Assembly (NCBI GenBank): GCA_900617105.1
Contig: UYFQ01000001.1
Location: forward strand, 1,860,001 to 1,924,000
Length of the DNA stretch: 64,000 nucleotides
Direction of reading: 5' to 3'
From: Hydrurus foetidus
Lineage: Eukaryota
In this document: positions 29,385 through 40,395 of the stretch, piece after piece
Layout of the letters: every line of letters begins with the position of its first letter
Position numbering within the stretch: position 1 is the first letter of the stretch
The notes under the pieces: model-generated
Told to the model about the DNA's origin: nothing
Seen by the model: only the letters and a program-made list of their open reading frames with translations
Databases searched by the model: none
Translations under genes and position numbers: made by a program

Positions 29385-30886
29385 CGCTTTCGTTTCGCAC
29401 CCGATTGTTTGCTACCGCCGGTCTGATTGTGGGCCTGGCGCTCAGCGCGGTGCTACTGGTCGGCTGGATACGCGTGCTCGCCTTCGAGGTAGACCGTCTG
29501 GATGAACGTCTGTGTATTGAGGCGCGACGCCTGGCCTCGCAGCCTGTTGAAAATGACAAAATCGAGCGGCTGGAAGCTGATCTGCTGAGCAAACTCCGCC
29601 TGACTGAGTCGACTCAATTAATGGTGAAATTTGAGGCCGCTGGCGGCGCAGCAGCGCCAGCGCCACTTGGCAGTGTTCAATCGCCTAATTGGCGTAGCGC
29701 TTTGTCCCTTGATGGCGCGCATTGGGTACCTGCAATAGCCAACGAAATTGAAGACCAGCCAGCGCTGCTGGCTCCAGACGCGACAGGCCAGGCGCCCAAA
29801 CCTGGCCAGAGTAAGGCCGCCCCTAAGCCAAATCGCCCCCAGGCTCTCGACAATCAGTCCCCAGTCAGAGCCGGGTGCGCGCTGACCACGTTTGAGGAGC
29901 AAGCTCGCCAATGGCGTGCCGCGCGCTACACCTCTATCCAAGGGCGCGCCGTGCTGGCAGCTGACCTGGCCGCCACCAAGGCTGACCTGCAAGGCGCTTT
30001 AAAACAAGCGCTCAAAATTGTTGTGCCGCTGGCGCTGATCCTTACTGCGCTGGGTGCCTGGAGCTTGTCGTCGATGACGATGCGCCCCGTCAATCGAATG
30101 CGCAGCGCGATGACAAACGTCACTAAAACGGCACTGAATACGCGCCTGCCCACTCAAGGCGAAGACCGTGAATTCGTGGTGCTGATAGACGCGTACAACA
30201 CGATGCTGACGCGACTGGAAAAAAGCTTCCAACAGGCGTCGCGGTTTTCAAGCGATGCGGCGCATGAATTGAAAACCCCTCTTACCATTTTGCAGGGCCG
30301 AATTGAACAAGCACTGAACCGCGCGACATCGACAGCGCTGCTCGTCGACCTAATGGGTTTGCAAGACGAGGTGAGCCGACTGGCAGCGATTACCCGCAAG
30401 CTGCTGCTGCTGTCGCAGGCCGATGCCGGCGTGTTGACGCTGCAACGCACAGCTATTGATTTGACCCGCTTACTCGATGAGCTGGCTAGCGACGCGCAAA
30501 TGGTTCTAAGTGGCCAAACCCTGCAATGCGAGATTGCCCGCCGCCTGTTTTTGCAGGGCGACAAAGTTTTACTGCAGCAACTAATGAATAACCTGATCAG
30601 CAACGCGGTGCGTTACTGCAGCCCAGGCGGCAAGATTAAGTTGAGTGCGCGAACGGTGCCCGGTGGCATTGAAATCGTGGTGGCCAATTCCAGCAATGTG
30701 ATCAATGACGCTGACCGCGCCCGATTTTTTGACCGCTTTTTTAGGGGCGAAGCATCACGCAACCGCAGCATACAAGGCAGCGGGCTGGGTTTGAGCCTGT
30801 CGCGCGAAATTGCTTTGGCCCACGGAGGCGACCTGGTGTTAAAGGCCAGCGCACCCGACGTGGTCAAGCTTCAGCTGACGCTTTGA
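29381..30886 (+). CDS. Sensor histidine kinase (heavy-metal-sensor-like)
   Basis: Two TM segments, HAMP, FSSDAAHELKTPL, NLISNA, GSGLGL. Confidence 0.92.
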   Translation: MTLSFRTRLFATAGLIVGLALSAVLLVGWIRVLAFEVDRLDERLCIEARRLASQPVENDKIERLEADLLSKLRLTESTQLMVKFEAAGGAAAPAPLGSVQSPNWRSALSLDGAHWVPAIANEIEDQPALLAPDATGQAPKPGQSKAAPKPNRPQALDNQSPVRAGCALTTFEEQARQWRAARYTSIQGRAVLAADLAATKADLQGALKQALKIVVPLALILTALGAWSLSSMTMRPVNRMRSAMTNVTKTALNTRLPTQGEDREFVVLIDAYNTMLTRLEKSFQQASRFSSDAAHELKTPLTILQGRIEQALNRATSTALLVDLMGLQDEVSRLAAITRKLLLLSQADAGVLTLQRTAIDLTRLLDELASDAQMVLSGQTLQCEIARRLFLQGDKVLLQQLMNNLISNAVRYCSPGGKIKLSARTVPGGIEIVVANSSNVINDADRARFFDRFFRGEASRNRSIQGSGLGLSLSREIALAHGGDLVLKASAPDVVKLQLTL

Positions 30887-31043
30887 AGCGCAAACTTCTG
30901 GCCCAAACTGTTAACTAAATGGGGCTACCGCTGTCCATAATAAAGATGTCATAAAACAGCACCTACTTTTACTTACACTAAAATACTCTTTGTAACAACA
31001 GGCCGATAGCTGGCGTCGACATCTACCAACCTCCACAACCTCC

Positions 31044-32633
31044 ATGAAAAAAATCATCACCGCCACGTGCCTCGCAGCGTCGCTCATTTCAATCGCGCTG
31101 GTAGCCTGTGGCGGCGGCAGCTCAGGCGCAAGTGCGGTTGCTGCTACTGCCGTAGTCACACCCAGCACTGACTTTGCGCTGACCAGCAGCGTGGGCGCTG
31201 CGGGCGGCTTGTTGCCCAGCGATTACACCTGCGACGGCACCAGCTCTTCGCCACCACTGGCGTGGGCCAATGCACCCGTGGGCACTAAAGAATTCGCCCT
31301 GCTGATGACGACCATTCCAACAGCCGGCACCCTCAAATACAGCTGGGTGTTGTCTGGCATACCCGCAACCGCCACCAGCCTGGCACGCAACACCAGCGGC
31401 GTAGGCACAGCAGGCGTGGGCAGTGACGGCCCCTCGGCTGCCTACCAAGCGCCCTGCTCGCAAGGCCCGGGCTCGAAGCAATACACCTTCACGCTGTATG
31501 CGCTGTCTGCATCGCCAAGCCTGGCTGTTGCCGCTAACGCAGTCACAGGCAGCGCGCTGGCAAGCGCTATCGCATCCATCACGCTGGCCACATCCGCCTT
31601 GAACCTGAATTACACCCGCAGCACGACCACGCCGACAACCTCAACAACTACCGCAACTTCTACAACTTCTGCCAATTGCCAGTTTGTAGCTGACTCTTTA
31701 ACAGCGTCCACCACGGGTGTGGCGACATCGACTTGCGACACCAGCTACGCCTACATCGCGTCCAACGGCCTCGCTACGCACCCCATGATGGGCGGCATCG
31801 CCGCCACCAATTTACAAGTGCCTGTGGCGCAAAACTTTCTGAGCAGCAACGCCTGGAAGATTCCGCTGGCCCCAGCCATTGCCGCAACTACCACCAGCGC
31901 GGTTGACGGCCCAATTGGTGTGGCCATTAATGGCGTGCCGATTTTTAACCCGTGCAAACAAGGCGGCTGCCAAAACAACGGCGACACCAAGGTAGCGGGC
32001 GAGCTGGATGTCTGCAACGGCCATGCCGGCCGCGCTGACGACTACCACTACCACGCCGCGCCCACTTGCCTAATGGCTGGCAAACCCGCCAGCTACTGGG
32101 ACACCCATCCGTTGGGCTGGGCGCTGGACGGTTTTGCCATTTACGGCTACAACGACGCAAACGGCTCTCCCGCCGACCGCGACGGCACTTGCGGCGGTAA
32201 CACCAGCGCAGTGTCGAACGGCCCGACTGGTTACAGCTACCACGTCACCGATGTATCGCCCTACGTGCTGTCGTGCTTTCGCGGCACGCCTAGCCCTGAC
32301 TTGGTGAATCAAGGGTCGAAATTCACCCCGCTGCGCAAACCACCTGTCACACCTTTTACGGCAACAGTTGCGGCTGTTACCCTCGACGCAACAGATGGCT
32401 ACCAGGTCATGAGTTTCTCGTCAAACATGCCCTTCACCACCACCGTCACGGGCAGCGACAGCTACGCCAACACAAAAGGCGCTTACAGCATTCGCTACAA
32501 GCAGTTAAGCGGCACCGAATTAAGCACCGCTTTGGCAAGCAATTCGGGTAAAACCGCCTGTTGGACGTTCAAATTCAACGCCACTGCGGGCGTGACAACG
32601 CCTGCCCAGCCCAGCACAACATACTGCCGCTAA
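31044..32633 (+). CDS. Lipoprotein: YbhB/YbcL (PEBP) domain fused to a YHYH domain
   Basis: Lipobox LVAC; YTCDG..SPPLAW..GTKEFAL..YTFTLYAL; Thr-rich linker; GVAINGVPIFNP, CNGH..DYHYH, GWALDGFAIYG. Confidence 0.8.
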   Translation: MKKIITATCLAASLISIALVACGGGSSGASAVAATAVVTPSTDFALTSSVGAAGGLLPSDYTCDGTSSSPPLAWANAPVGTKEFALLMTTIPTAGTLKYSWVLSGIPATATSLARNTSGVGTAGVGSDGPSAAYQAPCSQGPGSKQYTFTLYALSASPSLAVAANAVTGSALASAIASITLATSALNLNYTRSTTTPTTSTTTATSTTSANCQFVADSLTASTTGVATSTCDTSYAYIASNGLATHPMMGGIAATNLQVPVAQNFLSSNAWKIPLAPAIAATTTSAVDGPIGVAINGVPIFNPCKQGGCQNNGDTKVAGELDVCNGHAGRADDYHYHAAPTCLMAGKPASYWDTHPLGWALDGFAIYGYNDANGSPADRDGTCGGNTSAVSNGPTGYSYHVTDVSPYVLSCFRGTPSPDLVNQGSKFTPLRKPPVTPFTATVAAVTLDATDGYQVMSFSSNMPFTTTVTGSDSYANTKGAYSIRYKQLSGTELSTALASNSGKTACWTFKFNATAGVTTPAQPSTTYCR

Positions 32634-32646
32634 AAAACACAAGCGC

Positions 32647-33216
32647 ATGAAAGTTTGGTGTTTTTGGCTGGCTCTGTTGTCAGCGGCAAGCAACGCGCAA
32701 GCCCATGAACTGCAAGCCAGCCGCGCAACGCTGGTACTGCGCGACAACCAGCACATCGCAGTTACTTTTTTTGTAGATTACGGTGCGGTGCTGCACCAAG
32801 CGCTGGCACCGCAAATGCTGTTTCATGAATTCGCGCTGCAGCACTCTGCCATGCCGCCCCCCGTTTTTGCGGCGCAGCTGCTGGCGGCCCAGCGCAAACT
32901 GCAACTGGGCACGCAGCTGGTGCTTGCCAGCGGCAAAACCGCGCCACTCACCCAGTGGGCCTGGCCCGAGGCCACAACCGTGCAAAAAGCCTTGCAGCAG
33001 CGGGCTATGGAAGCGGTCACTGGCGCAAAAGATCATGCACACGCCGCTCAGTCCGAAATCCGCGCCGAGGCGCAGTCAAGCAACCCCAAAGACATGGCCA
33101 ACGTCACGGTGCAACTGCCCGCAGAGTTCAAAAAGACGCTGGTGGTGTCTTACCAGCCCAAACAGGTGTGGGTAGAGCCCGGCAAAACCTCAGCCAGCAT
33201 CCGTTTTTCGCCTTAG
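32647..33216 (+). CDS. Secreted hypothetical protein with N-terminal His and HAH motif
   Basis: Signal peptide AQA|HEL; DHAH motif. Confidence 0.75.
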   Translation: MKVWCFWLALLSAASNAQAHELQASRATLVLRDNQHIAVTFFVDYGAVLHQALAPQMLFHEFALQHSAMPPPVFAAQLLAAQRKLQLGTQLVLASGKTAPLTQWAWPEATTVQKALQQRAMEAVTGAKDHAHAAQSEIRAEAQSSNPKDMANVTVQLPAEFKKTLVVSYQPKQVWVEPGKTSASIRFSP

Positions 33217-33244
33217 GCGGGAGATTTTAAAAAGCAGACTTTAG

Positions 33245-33265
33245 TACGGCCATTAGCCGTATAAT
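33245..33265 (+). promoter_or_regulatory. Antitoxin operator overlapping a -10 box
   Basis: TACGGC-CATTA-GCCGTA inverted repeat overlapping TATAAT. Confidence 0.7.
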
Positions 33266-33290
33266 AAAAGCTCTTTAATAAGGAGCCTGC

Positions 33291-33575
33291 ATGAACACCG
33301 TCGCCCTGAAACAAGCTCGAATGGAGCTCAAAACCACTGAAGACATCAAAGACCTGATTTCTCAGGCAGCTACCTTGCTGGGGCTGGATTCCACTTCTTT
33401 TGTTTTGGGATTGGCTGCCGAGAAGGCACGCGAAGTGCTGTCTAAACACTCGATGGTCAAGCTCAGTCTGGAGGGGCAAAAACGCTTCGCCGAGTTGTCT
33501 AAAAACCCGCCGCCACCTACGGCAGCGATGAAAAAGCTGAAGAACTTGCCTGACTTCGCGCAGCGTTTGTCTTGA
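33291..33575 (+). CDS. DUF1778 RHH antitoxin (TacA/AtaR-like)
   Basis: ARMELKT..IKDLISQAA.L.G....FVL..A...A..VL...L.NPPPPT; directly upstream of a GNAT. Confidence 0.88.
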   Translation: MNTVALKQARMELKTTEDIKDLISQAATLLGLDSTSFVLGLAAEKAREVLSKHSMVKLSLEGQKRFAELSKNPPPPTAAMKKLKNLPDFAQRLS

Positions 33576-33588
33576 TGACGCGCACGTC

Positions 33589-34104
33589 ATGAATTTTGAG
33601 CTGGGTATTTTTAACCCGGAAGCAACGTATTTCGAACAAAAGAAATTTGACTGTGAACACGCAGTCATCAACAAATTCGTCAGCAGCAGCCTAAAGCAGC
33701 AGGTCAAAAAAAATACCAGCGTCGCCTATGTTCTGACCGATGCGGCAGCCAACGACCGCTTCGTCGGTTTTTTTACGCTTGTCATGTCTTGTATCGACAG
33801 CCCTGCACTTGCACCATTCGCGCCGTTCGCATCGTCCTTGCCCAGGCAGGTGCCCTGCGTTCGGCTGGTGATGCTCGGCGTGGACAAAGCCTATAAAGGC
33901 AAAAATTTAGGACTCAGACTGCTTAAGCACGCACTGACAAAAACCAAAGAGTCTGCTGCCACGCTGGGTTGCAGAGGTCTGTATCTGGATGCTGATGCTG
34001 GCGCAGTTGCTTTTTATACAAAATACGGTTTTATCGCCCTGGAAAAGCCTGCCTATGCTGGCGGCTCAACCCCCATGTTTCTTTTTCTGGAATCTTTCTT
34101 TTGA
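33589..34104 (+). CDS. GNAT acetyltransferase toxin (TacT/AtaT-like)
   Basis: [37 protein letters not shown]. Confidence 0.88.
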   Translation: MNFELGIFNPEATYFEQKKFDCEHAVINKFVSSSLKQQVKKNTSVAYVLTDAAANDRFVGFFTLVMSCIDSPALAPFAPFASSLPRQVPCVRLVMLGVDKAYKGKNLGLRLLKHALTKTKESAATLGCRGLYLDADAGAVAFYTKYGFIALEKPAYAGGSTPMFLFLESFF

Positions 34105-36692
34105 CCGCTCCAGACACCTCGCTTGCCACCCACACCCCCATGATGCGCCAGTACCTGGCCATCAAGGCCGAGTACCCTGACACGCTGGTGCTGTACCGCA
34201 TGGGTGACTTCTACGAAGTCTTTTTTGCAGATGCTGAAAAGGCTTCGCGGCTGCTGGGCATCACGCTGACCAAGCGTGGTGCGACTAATGGCGAGCCGAT
34301 TTTGATGGCTGGCGTGCCTTTTCATTCGCTTGAGGGCTACCTGGCCAAGCTCATCAAGCTGGGCGAATCAGTGGCTATTTGTGAGCAGATTGGCGATGTG
34401 GCCACCAGCAAAGGCCCAGTAGAGCGCAAAGTGGTGCGCGTGGTCACACCCGGCACGCTGCTAGACCCTGAGTTGCTGGGCGACAAAACAGAGTCCGTGC
34501 TGCTGGCCGTGCATCAGGGCGCGCGCAATACTTGCGGCCTTGCCTGGCTTTCGGTCACGCAAGGGCAAATCAGCCTGGCTGAATGTGCCGCTGACGATCT
34601 GGAAGCAAGGGTTGCCCGCATTGCGCCTAGCGAGCTGATTTACAACGTCGAGGTGACGCCCGCCTTTGAAGCGCGCTTAAAAAACGCGCCTTGCGCAATT
34701 GCCGCGCGGGCCGCCTGGCAGTTTGATGCCGCCCTTGGCGCGCGGCGTTTACTGGACCAGCTCAAGGTGGCGTCGCTTTCGTCTTGGCACGCCGAAGCGC
34801 TGCACCAAGCCCACGCCGCAGCCGCCGCCCTGCTGGGCTACGCCGAGCACACGCAGGGCCGCACGCTGCCGCACATACAAGCGCTGCAGGTCGTGCGTTC
34901 TGACGAGTTGATTGACTTGCCCTTAACCACACGCCGCAACCTTGAGTTAACGCAAACCTTGCGCGGCGAAGACTCGCCCACGCTGTTTTCACTGCTAGAC
35001 ACTTGCACCACTGGCATGGGCAGCCGCACCCTGAAAAGCTGGCTGCTACAGCCGCGCCGTGACCGGGCTGAAGCCACCGAACGATTAGAAGCCATCACCC
35101 ATTTGCGCAGCGGCTTGCAGCAATCACTTCGCGCCCAGCTCAAAGGCAGCAGCGACGTTGAACGCATCACTGCCCGCATCGCGCTGCGCCAGGTGCGCCC
35201 ACGCGAGCTGGCGGCACTTACTCAAACGCTATTAAAAACAGAGCTGCTCGCGCCCGTATCTATTGAACTACCGGCACTTTTAACTACTGTTTTTGCTGAT
35301 TTGCAGCCCCCAGACGGCTGCGCCGTGTTGCTCAATCGTTACTTGCTTGATGAACCGGCTGCGTTGGTGCGCGACGGCGGCGTGATCAACCACGGCTGCG
35401 ACGCTGACCTGGACGAGCTAAGGGGCATTCAAACCAGCTGCGATGCGTTTTTACTCGACCTCGAAGGCCGCGAAAAGGCCCGCACCGGCATCAGCAACCT
35501 ACGCGTGCAGTTCAACAAAGTCCACGGCTTTTACATTGAAGTCACGCAGGGCCAAGCCAGCAAGGTGCCCGACGACTACCGCCGCCGCCAGACGCTGAAA
35601 AACGCCGAGCGTTTCATAACGCCTGAGCTAAAAGCGTTTGAAGACAAAGCGCTGTCGGCGCAAGAGCGCGCGCTGGCACGTGAAAAGTTTTTATACGAGC
35701 AAGTACTTGATGAATTGCAAATCTTTATCCCCGCGCTGAGCAAACTGGCCAAAGCCATTGCCACGCTAGACGCACTTTGCGCTCTGGCTGAACGATCGCT
35801 AACCCTGGGTTGGGCAGCCCCAACCTTCGTGAGTCAACCCTGCATAGACATCACCCAGGGCCGCCACCCGGTAGTGGAAGCGCGGCTTCTTGAGACCACC
35901 AGCGGCAGCTTTATTGCCAACGACTGCGCGCTGCACGCCAAGCAGCGCATGCAAGTGATCACCGGCCCCAACATGGGCGGCAAATCAACCTACATGCGGC
36001 AAGTTGCCCTGATTGTGCTGCTGGCCAGCATGGGCAGCTATGTGCCTGCCAGCGCTTGCCGTTTGGGGCCGATTGACGCAATTCACACCCGCATTGGCGC
36101 GGCCGATGACGTGGCCAACGCGCAGTCCACCTTCATGCTGGAAATGACTGAAGCCGCGCAAATTTTGCACACCGCAACGCCGCACAGTTTGGTGTTGATG
36201 GACGAAATTGGCCGCGGCACATCGACCTTTGACGGCCTGGCTCTGGCGGGCGGCATTGCGGCTTATTTGCACAACAAAACCCAAGCCTTCACGCTGTTTG
36301 CCACGCATTATTTTGAATTGACCGAATTCCCCGCGCAGCACCACGGCGCAGTCAATGTGCATGTCAGCGCGGTTGAATCGGGCAGCAACATCGTGTTTTT
36401 GCACCACATCGAGCCGGGCCCGGCGAGCAAAAGCTACGGCATTGCGGTGGCCAAGCTGGCCGGCGTGCCGGGCGCGGTCGTCAACCACGCACGCCACGCG
36501 CTGAGTGCACTAGAGGCGCAGCAAACCGATGCGCGCGCCCAAGTTGACCTGTTTGCCGCGCCGCCTGAAGTGATTGCCAACGAGCCTAGCGCGGTCGATA
36601 GGGCTTTAGTTAACATTGACCCTGACGCGTTGAGCCCGCGCGAAGCGCTTGACGCGCTGTACCAACTGAAAAAACTGCTGAATCAACGCTAA
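34101..36692 (+). CDS. mutS: DNA mismatch repair protein MutS
   Basis: [40 protein letters not shown]. Confidence 0.98.
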   Translation: MTAPDTSLATHTPMMRQYLAIKAEYPDTLVLYRMGDFYEVFFADAEKASRLLGITLTKRGATNGEPILMAGVPFHSLEGYLAKLIKLGESVAICEQIGDVATSKGPVERKVVRVVTPGTLLDPELLGDKTESVLLAVHQGARNTCGLAWLSVTQGQISLAECAADDLEARVARIAPSELIYNVEVTPAFEARLKNAPCAIAARAAWQFDAALGARRLLDQLKVASLSSWHAEALHQAHAAAAALLGYAEHTQGRTLPHIQALQVVRSDELIDLPLTTRRNLELTQTLRGEDSPTLFSLLDTCTTGMGSRTLKSWLLQPRRDRAEATERLEAITHLRSGLQQSLRAQLKGSSDVERITARIALRQVRPRELAALTQTLLKTELLAPVSIELPALLTTVFADLQPPDGCAVLLNRYLLDEPAALVRDGGVINHGCDADLDELRGIQTSCDAFLLDLEGREKARTGISNLRVQFNKVHGFYIEVTQGQASKVPDDYRRRQTLKNAERFITPELKAFEDKALSAQERALAREKFLYEQVLDELQIFIPALSKLAKAIATLDALCALAERSLTLGWAAPTFVSQPCIDITQGRHPVVEARLLETTSGSFIANDCALHAKQRMQVITGPNMGGKSTYMRQVALIVLLASMGSYVPASACRLGPIDAIHTRIGAADDVANAQSTFMLEMTEAAQILHTATPHSLVLMDEIGRGTSTFDGLALAGGIAAYLHNKTQAFTLFATHYFELTEFPAQHHGAVNVHVSAVESGSNIVFLHHIEPGPASKSYGIAVAKLAGVPGAVVNHARHALSALEAQQTDARAQVDLFAAPPEVIANEPSAVDRALVNIDPDALSPREALDALYQLKKLLNQR

Positions 36693-36711
36693 TCAAAACA
36701 AGTAAAAAAGC

Positions 36712-37539
36712 ATGACTTATTGCGTCGCTATCAAACTCAATGCCGGGCTGGTGTTTTTGTCAGACTCGCGCACCAACGCGGGCTTGGACCAGATCAGCAC
36801 CTTCCGCAAAATGATCATTTATGAAAAGCCAAACGACCGCTTCATGGTGTTGCTGTCGGCGGGCAATTTGTCTATCTCGCAATCGGTGCGCGAAATTTTG
36901 CAGGTCGAGCAGCTCAAAGACCATGAAGGCGGCCCGCCCATCACGATCTGGAACGCCAAAAGCATGTTCGACGCCGCTCGGGTGTTGGGCTCGGCCATTC
37001 GCCGGGTGCACGAGCGCGACGCTGAAGACCTCAAGCAGTCGGGCGTTGACTTTAATGTGTCGATGATTTTTGGCGGGCAAATCACGGGCGAAGGCATGCG
37101 CTTGTTTCAGGTCTATTCAGCGGGTAACTTCATTGAGGCCACCCCCGAAACGCCCTACTTTCAAATTGGCGAGTCAAAGTACGGCAAGCCGGTGCTTGAC
37201 CGCGTGATTACGCCCGCTACGCCGCTTGAAGAAGCATCCAAATGCGCGCTGGTGTCGATGGATTCAACGCTGAAGTCGAACCTGTCGGTTGGCTTGCCAC
37301 TAGACATGGTGGTGTACGAGGCAGACGCCTTTCACACCGACAAAGTGGTATGCATCGACGCCGACAACCCGTATTTCAAAATGCTGCATGACAACTGGGG
37401 CACCAAGCTGCGCGAGGTGTTTGACAGCATTGAAGACCCAATGTGGAACGGCGGCAGCACTCAAGTGCCGCTGCTTACGCCACTGACGCGCAATCAGCCG
37501 CTGCGCAAAATTTCATCGCCGGCGGAAAAGCTGATTTAA
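36712..37539 (+). CDS. Proteasome-type protease (Anbu)
   Basis: M-TYCV N-terminus, SDSRTNAGLD, QIGESKYGKPVLDR, SNLSVG. Confidence 0.92.
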   Translation: MTYCVAIKLNAGLVFLSDSRTNAGLDQISTFRKMIIYEKPNDRFMVLLSAGNLSISQSVREILQVEQLKDHEGGPPITIWNAKSMFDAARVLGSAIRRVHERDAEDLKQSGVDFNVSMIFGGQITGEGMRLFQVYSAGNFIEATPETPYFQIGESKYGKPVLDRVITPATPLEEASKCALVSMDSTLKSNLSVGLPLDMVVYEADAFHTDKVVCIDADNPYFKMLHDNWGTKLREVFDSIEDPMWNGGSTQVPLLTPLTRNQPLRKISSPAEKLI

Positions 37540-38424
37540 ATGGCGCGCCACGCACATTCGAGCAAGCCCAAATCAATCGGCCTTCTAGCGGCGCCCAAGG
37601 CGCCCCCAAGGCCAGTGATTGTTTTCTCGCACGGCAACAGCTTTCCGGCCAGCACCTATGGCGGCATGACTGCTTTGCTAGAAGCGCGCGGCTACACCGT
37701 TCGCGCCATTGAAAAAATTGGCCATGACCCGGCCTACCCGGTTACCAGCAACTGGCCGCACCTGGTGCAGCAGCTGGCGGATTTTTCAGCGTTGCAAGCG
37801 CAAACAACCGGTGCGCCAGTGGTGTTGGTCGGTCATTCGCTGGGCGGTTTTTTAAGCTTGATGTGCGCAGCCAAACACCCTGGCCTGGCCGGGGGCGCGC
37901 TGCGCGGCGTGGTGCTGCTGGACTCGCCCATCATCAGCGGCTGGCGCGCGCAAATGGTGGGTGTGGCAAAACTCACCGGGCTGGTGGGCCGGTTGGGGCC
38001 TGGCGCGGTCAGTCAAAAACGCCGACACAAGTGGCTGTCAAAAGAAGAAGTATTTTTGCATTTTCGCGCTAAAAAAGGGTTTGCCGCCTGGGACGACGCC
38101 GCCATTCACCGCTACGTTGACAACGGCACTTTTGTCGATGGTGACGTGCGCCACCTGGCCTTTGACCGAGACATTGAAACCGCGATTTATAACTGCCTGC
38201 CCGACAACATGGGCCAACTGATGGCCAGCCACCCGCCGCAGTGTCCCGTGGCTTTTATCGGCGGACGGCAATCGATTGAAGTTAAAAAAGTGGGGCTGGC
38301 GATGACCAAGCGCATCACCGAGGGCCGCATGCGAATGGTCGACGGCAGCCACCTGTTCCCCATTGAAAACCCACTAGAAACCGCTGTTGCCATTCATGCC
38401 GAGCTGACCAGCATGCTGACGTGA
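37540..38424 (+). CDS. Alpha/beta hydrolase
   Basis: HGNSFPA, GHSLGG, GSHLFP. Confidence 0.88.
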   Translation: MARHAHSSKPKSIGLLAAPKAPPRPVIVFSHGNSFPASTYGGMTALLEARGYTVRAIEKIGHDPAYPVTSNWPHLVQQLADFSALQAQTTGAPVVLVGHSLGGFLSLMCAAKHPGLAGGALRGVVLLDSPIISGWRAQMVGVAKLTGLVGRLGPGAVSQKRRHKWLSKEEVFLHFRAKKGFAAWDDAAIHRYVDNGTFVDGDVRHLAFDRDIETAIYNCLPDNMGQLMASHPPQCPVAFIGGRQSIEVKKVGLAMTKRITEGRMRMVDGSHLFPIENPLETAVAIHAELTSMLT

Positions 38425-38449
38425 CGGTGGCCGCCTGAGCGCTACGGCG

Positions 38450-39364
38450 CTACGGCACAACGCCCAGCCGCTGCGGGCTTGTCAGCCGCAAAGGCAAAGC
38501 AAAGTGCAGCGCTAAAAAATCAAACAGGCGTTGATGCGACGCTTTCAGTGCATCAGGGTTGCCGCCCACCATGGCTTTGCCGCTGGCAATGTTGCCCAGG
38601 CCAGAGCGCTCTGCCACGTTCGACAAGCTGTCGAAGCCGTGGTAACTGCCGGGGTACACCTCAAGGTCAAAAGGTGCGCCAGCCCCGGCTTGCACCCGCT
38701 CATGAAAAGTAACGCAGTTTTTAGCAGGCGTCCAGTTGTCTAGCTCGCCGGCCATCAGCAGCAGCGGCGCAGACAAGTTGTAGCGGGCATTTTTTAATAT
38801 GCCAAAGCAGCCCGGGTAAAAAGCAACTGCCGCCATAGGCTTACGAGGCTGCGCCACAACCCAGGGGTCACTGGCATCCATAACATTGAGCACGGTTTGC
38901 GCCCCGTGCGACCACCCCACCACCGCCACGCGGGTCATGTCTACTCCGGGCTGCGTAGCCAGCCAGGCCATGGCGGCAAACACGTCTTCACGGCGGTCAA
39001 GCTCAGTGATGGTGCGCCGCGCATTTGGCGTGGCGCAAATTGACTTTTCACCGCGCGCTGCAAAGCTGTTGGGCGCTAAAAAATGATACGCCTCGGCATT
39101 GAAGTAAGCGGCGTAGCGAGCCAAAAATGCCGACAGGTTTCCGTTGGCATCTAGCGGCCCACCGCAGCCATGCAAGCCAACAATGACCGGGCGAGGCGCC
39201 GCGGTGCCCGCAGCGCTTGCAAACCAGAACGAAGGAATGCTCAACTTGCCGTCAGCCGAGTTGATGGCGACTTCTTGTGGCGCGCCAAACGCTACAGTTG
39301 TGATAGCTGCTTGCGCCCATAAAATATGGGCTGCAGCTGCTATTTTTAGTGAAAGACGCCTCAT
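38450..39364 (-). CDS. Secreted dienelactone hydrolase family protein
   Basis: LHGCGG, GWSHG, GELDNWTP, YPGSYHGFD. Confidence 0.88.
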   Translation of the reverse strand: MRRLSLKIAAAAHILWAQAAITTVAFGAPQEVAINSADGKLSIPSFWFASAAGTAAPRPVIVGLHGCGGPLDANGNLSAFLARYAAYFNAEAYHFLAPNSFAARGEKSICATPNARRTITELDRREDVFAAMAWLATQPGVDMTRVAVVGWSHGAQTVLNVMDASDPWVVAQPRKPMAAVAFYPGCFGILKNARYNLSAPLLLMAGELDNWTPAKNCVTFHERVQAGAGAPFDLEVYPGSYHGFDSLSNVAERSGLGNIASGKAMVGGNPDALKASHQRLFDFLALHFALPLRLTSPQRLGVVP

Positions 39365-39380
39365 GGCAGCTCAAAACACA

Positions 39381-40223
39381 TTAAGCAGCCCAAGTCACCA
39401 AGCCGCTCCAAGCAGTGGCCAGCACCACCAAGCCAAACACAATGCGGTACCAGGCAAACGGCACAAAGCTGTGGGTCGATATGTAGCGCAGCAGCCAGCG
39501 TATGCACAGCCAGGCGCTGAAAAACGCAAACACCAGCCCCACGGCAAACATCGGCACATCGGCACTTGATAACAGCGCGCGTTCTTTGTACAGGCTGTAA
39601 ACACCTGCACCAATCAGCGTCGGCATGGCTAAAAAGAATGAAAAATCAGTTGCTGCTTTGCGCGACAGGCCCAGCAACATGCCGCCAATAATCGTGGCGC
39701 CGCTTCGGCTGGTGCCTGGGATCATGGCCACGCATTGCACCAGGCCGACTTTTAGCGCGTCTTTCCAGCTCATGGTGTCAACCGAGTCGACCCGCACCAG
39801 CGCCGGGTTGGCGGCATGGCGCTTTTCAGCCCACAAAATAATGAAGCCGCCGATGATGAACGTGCTGGCCACCACGGTGGGCGTGAACAAATTAGCCTTG
39901 ATGGCTTTGCCAAACAGCAGGCCCAGCACCACTGCGGGAATAAATGCAATCAACACATTCAGCGCGAATTGCTGGGCTTGTTTGTCAGTTGGCAGCGCGA
40001 CAAGCGTGCTGCGAATTTTTTGCCAATACACCAAGATCACGGCGAATATGGCCCCGGTTTGAATCGCGATGTCAAACACCTTGGCTTTTTCATCGTCAAA
40101 GCCTAGCAGTGCGCCTGCCAGTATCAAATGCCCGGTTGATGAAATCGGCAAAAACTCGGATAGCCCCTCAACAATGCCCATGATGGCGGCTTTGACTAGC
40201 AGGGCAATGTTCAGGTGGTCCAC
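39381..40223 (-). CDS. uppP: Undecaprenyl-diphosphatase
   Basis: [24 protein letters not shown]. Confidence 0.96.
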   Translation of the reverse strand: MDHLNIALLVKAAIMGIVEGLSEFLPISSTGHLILAGALLGFDDEKAKVFDIAIQTGAIFAVILVYWQKIRSTLVALPTDKQAQQFALNVLIAFIPAVVLGLLFGKAIKANLFTPTVVASTFIIGGFIILWAEKRHAANPALVRVDSVDTMSWKDALKVGLVQCVAMIPGTSRSGATIIGGMLLGLSRKAATDFSFFLAMPTLIGAGVYSLYKERALLSSADVPMFAVGLVFAFFSAWLCIRWLLRYISTHSFVPFAWYRIVFGLVVLATAWSGLVTWAA

Positions 40224-40395
40224 GTAAAACTCCAGTGTTGAGCGCTGATTATCGCTGGCGCGGCGTACGGTTCGGCCTGGGTAACTGGCACTTCACGCCG
40301 ATTTCAAGCCCTTTGTCGCAAAGCCGTTGCCGCCGCTATGCCCAAGCGGCAAAGTCCAACTCATCACCACAACTCGTCTCAGCACAAGGCCTGCC

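Noticed and set aside
40285..40330. LytTR direct-repeat binding site
   Set aside because: The candidate repeats are too degenerate to call by eye.
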